From an uncultured Pseudobdellovibrionaceae bacterium (GTDB lineage: Bacteria > Bdellovibrionota > Bdellovibrionia > Bdellovibrionales > JAGQZY01): DNA of 64,000 bases. Positions within the stretch are counted from its first letter, which is position 1, and each line of letters starts with the position of its first letter. Under the pieces are notes generated by a model, which was given only the letters and a program-made list of their open reading frames with translations, did no database searches and was not told where the DNA came from. The stretch covers positions 148,125-212,124 of the forward strand of contig CAZPOV010000003.1 of NCBI GenBank assembly GCA_964588335.1, written 5' to 3'. The position numbers and the translations under genes are program-made. Below are positions 10,323 to 18,027 of the stretch, piece by piece.

Positions 10323-11819
10323 ATGATCTTTAGGCTTTTTATAGCATTAGGATTCACATTAGGCTTAACAACGGCTTGTGGACCGATAAACAATTCTGGA
10401 AACGGTGTCAGTTTCAAAACTTACAACTCTATATATGAAGACACAACCGGACATCCCGACGACCAGGGCGACTTTGGATTGGTCGGTCAAACACCGGGCC
10501 TGCAAAATGGCGATGGTGGTTTAGGGTCCGGTGATGGTCCTGGATCGACTTCCAATAACGATGGTGGCCTCACTGGAAATGGTGGAACGGCCAACGTGAA
10601 CCTTGGTCTTGGAACTTGGACCGGAGGCACCAGCCCTCTCCAACAACCGGATGGAGGCCTGATGGGTGGCAATCCAAACCTTGTTGGGGGAACCATGAGT
10701 CGCCCCGCTCAAGACAATGTCTTGGTTGGAATGAACGTTAAGAAAATGTGCCAAGCCGGTGAGATTGATATTCTTCGCGCCGTTTTACCATGTCAGCCCG
10801 ATCAAAACCTTATTGTCACAATGAAAGACAGTATGGGTGAGGTTCTTCTTGAAAATTTTGGTTCCGTGAGCAGCAACAACGGCGATGTCGATACCTTGGT
10901 TGATAAATTGAAAGCCATGCAGTTAAGCGGCGCCATGGTGGGCACAGCCTTAGGCCTGTTTATTTGTATTGACCATAATGCTAACAACAGTTGTGAAGAT
11001 GAAGAGATCACAGATCTCAATGAACACAATGATGATTTTTTATTTGCTGTGAGAAAATCTGATGATGGTGCCAGGGCCCGTGCTGAAGCGGCACAACAAC
11101 TGTGCGCAGAAGATCGCTTGGGCTCACTAAAAAACGGACTTTTGGTGTATCACCAGGAGTTTGTTGACTCCACCGGTGACATCAAATCCAGTGGTGTGAA
11201 AGATCGCGAAAATGTGGCTGAAGAAGTGGCCAGACATATTAAAAACATTGTTGAAGAGAAAGAAGCCATCGACTTTGAACAGGGCACACAGTTCAGTTTG
11301 ACTTTGGTGGAATCGGACAAAGAAACTTGCGAAGAGGTCGGTGCTCGTATGCACGGTTGCTTTATCGCAGGCACAGAGATCTCTCTCAACTCGGATCTTA
11401 AAGTGAATGTCGAAGACCTTCGAGCCGGGGATTCAATCCTACTATCAAGCGGTAAGAAGTCTGAGATTGTAAAAGTGATCAGTGGACCTGAAAAGCACCC
11501 GGTCGTGAAACTTCAGTTGGTTAGCGGTGAAAGTTTAACTGTTACCCAAAGCCACCCCATGTTAACAGAAATGGGTGTGGTGCAAGCCAAAGACCTAAGC
11601 ATAGGCAGTCGATTGCTAACGGCCAAAGGTCATTGGGTGACATTGAGCTCGATCGCGACCGAGTCCTACAAAGGCCATGTCTACAACTTTGAACTGGCGG
11701 GAAGTCACGAAACCGATCACTTGATTTACGGAAACGGAATTGTGACCGGCGATCTCTATCTGCAGCAAAAACTGCAAGACAAACCCACACCAGGAATTCA
11801 CTTCACCTTAAATTACTAA
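10323..11819 (+). CDS. lipoprotein with Gly/Asn-rich linker and C-terminal Hint (Hedgehog/intein-like) autoprocessing domain
   Basis: Lipobox LGLTTAC. The Hint domain starts at HG|CFIAGTEISL (Cys codon 11358-11360), has a TxxH block (TVTQSHPML) and a terminal block VYNFELAGSHETDHLIYGNGIVTGD. Start placed at the ATG at 10323, after a GGGGGG RBS. Confidence 0.75.
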   Translation: MIFRLFIALGFTLGLTTACGPINNSGNGVSFKTYNSIYEDTTGHPDDQGDFGLVGQTPGLQNGDGGLGSGDGPGSTSNNDGGLTGNGGTANVNLGLGTWTGGTSPLQQPDGGLMGGNPNLVGGTMSRPAQDNVLVGMNVKKMCQAGEIDILRAVLPCQPDQNLIVTMKDSMGEVLLENFGSVSSNNGDVDTLVDKLKAMQLSGAMVGTALGLFICIDHNANNSCEDEEITDLNEHNDDFLFAVRKSDDGARARAEAAQQLCAEDRLGSLKNGLLVYHQEFVDSTGDIKSSGVKDRENVAEEVARHIKNIVEEKEAIDFEQGTQFSLTLVESDKETCEEVGARMHGCFIAGTEISLNSDLKVNVEDLRAGDSILLSSGKKSEIVKVISGPEKHPVVKLQLVSGESLTVTQSHPMLTEMGVVQAKDLSIGSRLLTAKGHWVTLSSIATESYKGHVYNFELAGSHETDHLIYGNGIVTGDLYLQQKLQDKPTPGIHFTLNY

Positions 11820-11842
11820 GTGAAGACGATCATTCAAGAATT

Positions 11843-11874
11843 AAAAAAGAGCGCCATCAGAGCGCTCTTTTTTT
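11843..11874 (+). terminator. rho-independent terminator
   Basis: aaaaagagcgc-catcaga-gcgctcttttttt. Confidence 0.7.
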
Positions 11875-12011
11875 GTTGGAATCGCCTGCATTGTTTGCCG
11901 CCAATGAGTCAGCCCCACCAGGGCCTCCCTCGATTGAAAAGTAGTCTTCGAAGAGATTGTTTTTGTTGGTTTATTTTTACGTAGGGAAAACCTCGACCGA
12001 AGACCCCGGTT

Positions 12012-12142
12012 CCTCCTCAAGACTTTGAAATGAAACTCTCAACGGACGCGGCTCCTGCCTTACCTGAATTTCGCCCTTCGGGCGAAACCACTTCACGTTT
12101 TCAGGAGTCCGTTGAGAGTTTCATTTCAAAGTCTTGAGGAGG
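12012..12142. repeat. 131-nt palindromic element: perfect 36-nt inverted arms around a 59-nt core containing a second hairpin
   Basis: The arm at 12012-12047 (cctcctcaagactttgaaatgaaactctcaacggac) is the exact reverse complement of 12107-12142. The inner tcctg/cagga pairing and the central tttcgccc-ttc-gggcgaaa hairpin (12069-12087) were verified base by base. Confidence 0.9.
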
Positions 12143-12189
12143 TTCGAAGTTTGGTCAGAACTTCCATGAACTTTCTCGTTTAATCGGGG

Positions 12190-12212
12190 AGAGTGCCCTG
12201 ACTCTTTTTTTT
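12190..12212 (+). terminator. possible terminator downstream of the palindromic element
   Basis: agagt-gccctg-actct followed by T7. The stem is short. Confidence 0.4.
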
Positions 12213-12294
12213 AGCACTATTGTTTTGTTTATAGACCTCATCGAAAAACCTCCACTCTTTTGCCCACTTTAGCTAGGACTCTTATTATTGAGCT

Positions 12295-13549
12295 TTGGAG
12301 TTCTGTGTGCGTTTTTTGTTTGTAGTCCTGTTGTTGTTAGCCCAGGGAGCCCAAGCGGTGGCTCTTCGGTGTTCGAACATTTTTAAATCCGAAGACGTGC
12401 CGGCCATTTCAGACATGATGGACGAGAGTGGGTTTATCAACCTTTATGGAGGAAAGCCACGACGTGCCCCAGGCCAACAAGCCCGCCTGAGCCGCCTGTA
12501 TCCCGATTCAGTTTAGAGAGCCTGCAAGGCTTAGCTCGCGAGGGACGCAAACATGTGCGTGGCAACCAATGGCCACGAAGCACCCTGGACCGTTTCTTGG
12601 AGTTCACACGCCTCACCCCTCAAGATATTGCTGAACTCACTGTAGCCCAACAGATGGCGCTGTTGAATGCCTTTGGGCAGTGGAATCTTTTGCTGCCTCG
12701 GACACTCCATTCCCGTATCGAAAGCCAATTAACGAGAGATTTCTCACAGTGGTCGCCGCCGGACTTTCTTGAATTTGCCCTGTTTCGAAAAATCAGCCCG
12801 CAAAGCTTTAGCTCCACATTCTTAAGAGGCTATCGAAGCCAGGTGTCTTGTTGCGATTTCCAGAATTAAACGCCAGCACTCAATTGGAAGTTTTGGCTGC
12901 CGAAATCATGCAGGGGAGTCGTTGGAATTTACGGCAGACTAAGGATTTACTTGAACAGACGTCGATATCTGTTGAAACAGAACCGGGTATTCTTCGACTG
13001 AAACCCCTAAAAGAAATGTTTCGCGCTCTCAGTTTCTTAAGAGCGACCGAGCCGACCTTCTTCTTCCATGAAATTGTTCGATTGGAAACAGCTCTTGAAA
13101 ATCAGTTGAACCGACAAAACCTCTCTTTACAGGAAGGCGGAACCAGCGGCTCCAACAACCCGAATCGTCCTTTCGGCCCCAGTTTCGTGGAATTGCAAAA
13201 CCGCATCGATACCCGCTGGCCAGGCCAAGAAAAGGTTTTTGAGGCCATGGAACCCCAGACTCTCGGACTCTTTGACCCCGTCGACCTTTATTATCCAAAC
13301 TTACGATTGGTGGTGGAGTGGGACGGACCGATTCACTACTTTCGTCAGCTTAACGATCGTGGCGGGCTAGAAAACCATGTTTTCGTCTTACGCCCCATTG
13401 ATGCTATCAAAGACCAAAGCCTTCGCCAGCTGGGAATCTCGGTGTTGCGTTGGCCCAAACACTTAAACCACTTGGTCGAACGGGTGGACATTGAGGCCAT
13501 CATTCAATCCCAGAACCCTCGGAATTGGGACCCCGGCCTTTCAAACTAA
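12295..13549 (+). pseudogene. RAP/DUF559-like (PD-(D/E)xK, Vsr-fold) nuclease-domain protein with signal peptide and helical repeats, split into three frames (12295-12516, 12555-12869, 12848-13549)
   Basis: Three consecutive same-strand ORFs sit in frames 1, 0 and 2 with overlapping open windows (frame 0 is open from 12387, frame 2 from 12812). One extra T in the TTT run at 12512-12514 would fuse ORF1 and ORF2. A repeat motif (RFLEFTRLTPQDIAEL / RFPELNASTQLEVLAAEI) spans the second break. The C-terminus has DPVDLYYPNLRLVVEWDGPIHYF...KDQSLRQLGISVLRWP. Confidence 0.5.
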
Positions 13550-13822
13550 CGACTGAGATCGTAAACGCCACGACCACAATTGAAGCTACCGGTGGCTCGA
13601 TCACCCAGACTCCATGAGCGAAACTCACTTTCTGATGAAGGGGCAATGGCACTCTGTCTTGTTTCACCGAAAGCTTCGAAACTAAAAGTCACTTGATAAT
13701 CAGTCTCTCGAGCCCTATGCGATTCCCGCAAGTGGGTCTTGAAATAAAAACTTCGCCATCCAGTGACAAGCTTCCTATAATGTTTTCGCTATTGATATCG
13801 GTGCAGCTAAAGGTCGAGGCTT

Positions 13823-14383
13823 TTACAGAATCAGTTTACGCATCTCGTTTTGTGAATAAACGAAGTCAGCGTAAATCATGGTGTTTGTTATGTTCCGGTG
13901 TCCCAGGGCGATCTGCAGCAATCGCAAATCTTTAACCTTTTTGTAAAGTCGAATGGCGAAAGTGTGGCGCAGACAGTGGAATTTCTTTTTCACCGGCCGG
14001 TAATGATCCCAAATCTGGCGTAAACGGTGGTAGGAAATATCAAACAGTTTTTCGCCCTTTAGGGTTTTAGAATAGTCCTCAAGCATATCAAAAAGCCATT
14101 CAGGAAGGGGGATTTCACGGTCGTTGGAGCCCTTGATACCATGAATGAAAACACTCTGCTCGTAAACGTTCAGGTCTTCTTTTTCAATATTCAATATTTC
14201 TGTGGCCCGAGCTCCCGTATAGATAGCGACGTAAAGTAAAAGGCAGTTACGACGCTCTTTTAGAACGTAACGTTTAAGTAAAAGCTCTAAGTGCTCAAAC
14301 TCGGGGTCCAGCAAATATTTGTTCTTATTAATGGCATAGGGCTTTTTATTTCGCCTTTTTGATTTATCACTTTCTTCAGCCAT
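13823..14383 (-). CDS. minimal tyrosine recombinase (catalytic domain only, 186 aa)
   Basis: TGARATE (Arg), HGIKGSNDR (Lys), HCLRHTF (H-x-x-R), LGHRNITNTMIYADF (His...Tyr nucleophile). There is no N-terminal SAM-like core-binding domain. Confidence 0.85.
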   Translation of the reverse strand: MAEESDKSKRRNKKPYAINKNKYLLDPEFEHLELLLKRYVLKERRNCLLLYVAIYTGARATEILNIEKEDLNVYEQSVFIHGIKGSNDREIPLPEWLFDMLEDYSKTLKGEKLFDISYHRLRQIWDHYRPVKKKFHCLRHTFAIRLYKKVKDLRLLQIALGHRNITNTMIYADFVYSQNEMRKLIL

Positions 14384-14745
14384 AGTTCATGGAACCGTTC
14401 TGCTAACAAGAAGTCAAATTCTTTTGTCGTTTTGAGTGTTTATAAAGCAATACTCATCGACTTTGGAAAGCAAAACCAAGCACCCATGGTTTCTCTATTT
14501 CACGCCGACACTTTGGTCGCCAATGGTCGTCGCAATGTCACTTCCGTTCAATGAATTCAAACAACCTGTGAAGACTGGCAAAGCACCTACAGCCTTATTT
14601 TCTTTTCGTTCTGTCAACTTCCAAAGGGTCCTCTTCCAACAATTGGTTTCTCAAAATGAGGCGGTTTTTTGTGATTTTGTAGACAGAATTTCTCATTTTA
14701 AAACTCTATCCTAGACTTAAGAGTCGAGATGCAAAAGTGGGGATT

Positions 14746-14991
14746 ATGGAACTGATATTTCGAATTTTTACCGCTGTTTCAGCACTTTTGATTGCTTTTG
14801 GAGCGTATGTTAGCCGCGCCGACAGCACTGTTCTGATCGCACCCCAGAGCGCTCTGGCTCCTCAAATCTTTAATAAAAAATCAAAGAATTCTTTTAAGCT
14901 AAGATTCAATACGAACGAAGCTCGAAAGATAGATAATCAACCCAAGTCAATCCGCCAACCCTGGGTTGAGAGTCGCCCTTACTCCTTATAA
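14746..14991 (+). CDS. small secreted hypothetical protein
   Basis: MELIFRIFTAVSALLIAFGAYVSRA signal-like N-terminus. A terminator follows. Confidence 0.4.
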   Translation: MELIFRIFTAVSALLIAFGAYVSRADSTVLIAPQSALAPQIFNKKSKNSFKLRFNTNEARKIDNQPKSIRQPWVESRPYSL

Positions 14992-15013
14992 AACTCATGT
15001 GAGTTTTGTCCTG

Positions 15014-15041
15014 GGCACCCAATAGTGGGTGCCTTTTTTTT
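15014..15041 (+). terminator. rho-independent terminator
   Basis: ggcaccca-atag-tgggtgcc followed by T8. Confidence 0.7.
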
Positions 15042-15043
15042 AC

Positions 15044-15511
15044 TTATTGCTGTGGCTGCCAATCAGGTAATGCAAACTGGTTGGTATAGATCAGTCGGTC
15101 TTGAAAACGGCAGATCACCAAATCATGAACGCTAGCCGTTTCTGATGTCGATTGACAGCGCCTTTTTGCGGAAACACCAGAAATATTTTCAACGACTTCA
15201 ACTTCTCCATTCACTATAATTTTTAAATCACCTTGAGGACGTTGTTTAAAATAGTACCGACCTGCAAATTGGCAGCGGATTCCAAATTCAACAAAGTCTA
15301 AAGCGGCCTTCATACAAAGCGCGTAATGATCTTTAAAGGTGATGGAGTCGTTACGAGTCCAGTCACTCCAGTCGTAAGCAAGGTTTGCTACCTGGATGAC
15401 TCCAGTATCTTCCTGCTGATAGGCTTCTGGCACAACCGGCCCAGCCAAAGCAAAGTTTACAGACGTTAAAACTCCAATTATTGCCAAAATAAATTGTTTT
15501 GTAAGTATCAT
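15044..15511 (-). CDS. secreted hypothetical protein (4 Cys)
   Basis: Signal peptide MILTKQFILAIIGVLTSVNFALA and a GAGGGGG RBS. Confidence 0.55.
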   Translation of the reverse strand: MILTKQFILAIIGVLTSVNFALAGPVVPEAYQQEDTGVIQVANLAYDWSDWTRNDSITFKDHYALCMKAALDFVEFGIRCQFAGRYYFKQRPQGDLKIIVNGEVEVVENISGVSAKRRCQSTSETASVHDLVICRFQDRLIYTNQFALPDWQPQQ

Positions 15512-15917
15512 AGATACCCCCTCTTTCTGTTATGAGATATTAAAAGCAAGTCGCGTACCACCAAATACTTACTCAAAAACATGAGTTTTTAACCTCTTAC
15601 GACAATCTTAAAATGGTAAACTGGAAAGCCAATCAGCAGGCTGAGAGCCACCCAACAGATCAAACTATCCTTTCAGTGCTTGAATCGAACCTAGTGAAAT
15701 CAAAATGGCTCAATAGAGAACTGTTGAACAAGTGAGCGGGTGTCGCCTCAAATTAAGAGCAAACTTCAGTGTTTTCGAGCATGGTCGCTTTCTAAAAAGG
15801 AGGGGCGGGAGTGTTTAGTCGATAAACAGACATGAAGATATTATATTGAAAGGAGGGTTCCCTTAAGTTCTCCCTGGACCTGGTTTATATTCAATTTTTA
15901 ACATTCAAGGATCTGTA

Positions 15918-16757
15918 TTGCGCAACCTAGCCTCTATACTGTTTGTACTGACTGTCGCTGTCGCCAAGCCTTCTGATGCTTGGGCTGCATCACAGTGTTT
16001 GCAAGCCTACAGCAGTGTTCAGAGCGTCTTAGGGACACTGATCCAGTTCACGCAAGCCCTGATTGGTAAACGATGGGCCGAGGACTACAAGTTCGAGAAA
16101 TACAAAGAAGAACTCTTAGAACTTCAGGAAAAAGACCCTGATTTGACGGTTGCAAGCTACATCCAATCGAAACTGGCAGAAAAACCGATTCCAGCGATCG
16201 TTGATATCAACGGAACCATTCGAATTATTGATAATCATCACAAGATGTACGCCTTTACCAAGCTTTATGGTCGCGAGATTGACTTTGAAATCTCGATCCG
16301 CATCGTGCGCGATTACTCCCTCGACCTAACAAGGCCTAACAATCGCCCCTATTGGACAGCCCGAAGAATGATAAGAGATATGGTGGAAAATGGTTATATC
16401 AGCGGCCAAGGCACCAAAGTCCTGTCCATACGCTGGTTTAATCAGCTACCCACCAATATTCTGGAAATGGGAGATTCTCCCTTACGGAGCTTGATGAGCT
16501 TTGTTTTATTGAGCTTTCCCTTTCAACTTAAGGGTAGCTACTTTGAGCCCCATATACAGAATCAACTGGGTCAAAGACTGATCGAACTCGGGATAGAGCC
16601 TTTTTCAAAAGACAGCTTTTCTCAAGAAAACATCCATCGTCTGCGCGACGAAATTTTGTATCGAACCGAGCTTTCTGATTTCTTAAAACAACAGGCTCTT
16701 CCCGAGTCCGGAAAATATGAAGACATCATGGAACTTCTGACCCCATCCGAGTCCTAA
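15918..16757 (+). CDS. secreted ParB-like nuclease-domain protein (ParBc_2-like)
   Basis: Signal peptide ...AVAKPSDAWA. The segment KPIPAIVDINGTIRIIDNHHKMYAF resembles the ParB/sulfiredoxin-fold 'P-x-V-...-D-x-HH' core of the putative ParB-like nuclease family. This is called from memory, not an HMM. Confidence 0.5.
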   Translation: MRNLASILFVLTVAVAKPSDAWAASQCLQAYSSVQSVLGTLIQFTQALIGKRWAEDYKFEKYKEELLELQEKDPDLTVASYIQSKLAEKPIPAIVDINGTIRIIDNHHKMYAFTKLYGREIDFEISIRIVRDYSLDLTRPNNRPYWTARRMIRDMVENGYISGQGTKVLSIRWFNQLPTNILEMGDSPLRSLMSFVLLSFPFQLKGSYFEPHIQNQLGQRLIELGIEPFSKDSFSQENIHRLRDEILYRTELSDFLKQQALPESGKYEDIMELLTPSES

Positions 16758-17139
16758 AAAATCCGACTCAAAAACAAGCCTCCGAATAGGGGTTTTTAAT
16801 CAAAAAAATGAGTGAATTGAAATCCTAAAATTTGTGAATCGAAGAGCCCGAAAAAAAGGGGAGAAAAATCGAAAAATTGTATGCTTAAAAATAGAGCAGT
16901 TTATTTTCGAAAAAACCTGACCCATACCCTTCAAAACGCACTCGTTCAATACAGGGCAAATATGGAGGTCTAAAAAGAAACACCTATTTTCCTTTATAAA
17001 ATCAATACTTTAACACTCAATCATATAACTATAAGTGTGAATTTGAATGTAATGGCTTGATACCAGAGCTCCTGAATTTTTAATTACCCAATAAAAACAA
17101 TAACTTATGGAGATAAACCAGGACTTTAACCTGTAACGT

Positions 17140-17198
17140 GTTGCGTATCGCAACTATATATATTGTGTTACACAATAATATTTATAGTATTTCACAAT
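17140..17198. promoter_or_regulatory. operator-like palindromes upstream of the HTH gene
   Basis: GTTGCG-tat-CGCAAC (17140-17154), ATTGTGT-t-ACACAAT (17162-17176), and an extra CACAAT half-site at 17193-17198, ending ~20 bp before the RBS/ATG at 17218. Confidence 0.35.
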
Positions 17199-17217
17199 AC
17201 AAAAAGGGAGTGAATCA

Positions 17218-17949
17218 ATGGAGAACGAAAAGCCCACGCAAGAGCCCTTGGAATTGAGCCAAGAGGATTTGGAGGCCCTTTTTGAAAGCACTTTCAATGA
17301 CGCCCAGAAAGACGCCCCGAAAAACGATCAAAATAAGCCCCTAAATACCCCCCTTTTTAAGGGCTCTTTTGAAGGCCATGAAAATCAAAGATTTGAAAGG
17401 TCTCGAAACAAGAATTTGAAGCCTGGTGGGGAGTCTAGGGGAGCCAAGTCGTCTTTGCGCATGAAATATGAAGCCGAAGTTAGCAACATAAAGAAAACCC
17501 ATGGCGACCTTGAAGGGATCCGTCGAAAACTGGGACTTTCAAAAAGAAAGGTGGCTCAACTTTTACTTGTGGATCCATCGGCATGGACCCGATGGACCAA
17601 AAAGAAAGGCGAAGCGCCACCCCATATCTATCGAGCCTTGCAATGGTATTTACTTTTGCAAGATAAGCACCCCGAGTACAAAAGTTCGCTGTGGCTGAAT
17701 GCGGTCGCCACACCATCAATCAGTGAGCATGAAATTGAAAACATCAAACGCGAGGTGGTCAGCCAAGCGCGCATGCAGCTTGATGCGATGCCGACCTATA
17801 TTGAAACAGAGAATGTTGATCTGGGGCCATTGGAAAGGCGTCTGCGCGACTCACAAAAACAGGTTAAAACCCTTGAAAATCGGCTGAAGTGGTTGATTGC
17901 CAGCCAAGCCGTACTGCTTTTTGGTTTTATTATTTTGATGCTTTTATAA
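17218..17949 (+). CDS. membrane-anchored XRE/MqsA-like HTH protein
   Basis: IRRKLGLSKRKVAQLLLVDPSAWTRWTKKKGEAPPHIYRAL is an HTH-like segment. It is followed by a coiled-coil stretch and a C-terminal TM helix WLIASQAVLLFGFIILMLL. Confidence 0.55.
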   Translation: MENEKPTQEPLELSQEDLEALFESTFNDAQKDAPKNDQNKPLNTPLFKGSFEGHENQRFERSRNKNLKPGGESRGAKSSLRMKYEAEVSNIKKTHGDLEGIRRKLGLSKRKVAQLLLVDPSAWTRWTKKKGEAPPHIYRALQWYLLLQDKHPEYKSSLWLNAVATPSISEHEIENIKREVVSQARMQLDAMPTYIETENVDLGPLERRLRDSQKQVKTLENRLKWLIASQAVLLFGFIILMLL

Positions 17950-18027
17950 TGTTCTAAATTGGGAAATTCATCAAGTTAGGGCGAAAAAGGCCCGATAGAT
18001 AGAGTGTCTGCGGTAGGGAGAAACTTT

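Noticed and set aside
10487-10754. Pro-rich minus-strand ORFs (69 and 77 aa) inside the Hint lipoprotein gene.
   Set aside because: They are the complement of the GGN-rich Gly linker codons (CCN gives Pro), a classic antisense artefact.
12012-12142. The 36-bp inverted repeats as an invertible switch for the 186-aa recombinase.
   Set aside because: The 59-bp spacer is too short for typical recombinase-mediated inversion. The element is 1.7 kb from the recombinase with a pseudogene in between. The nested internal hairpins fit an RNA or MITE structure better.
13693-13935. An 80-aa plus-strand ORF overlapping the 3' end of the recombinase gene.
   Set aside because: It is antisense to the catalytic Tyr region of a well-supported gene, so it is a shadow ORF.
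14436-14714. A 92-aa plus-strand ORF upstream of the recombinase.
   Set aside because: It has a TTG/GTG-type start, no RBS and no motif. It is more plausibly the recombinase promoter or att-type region. I saw no excisionase-like ORF either.
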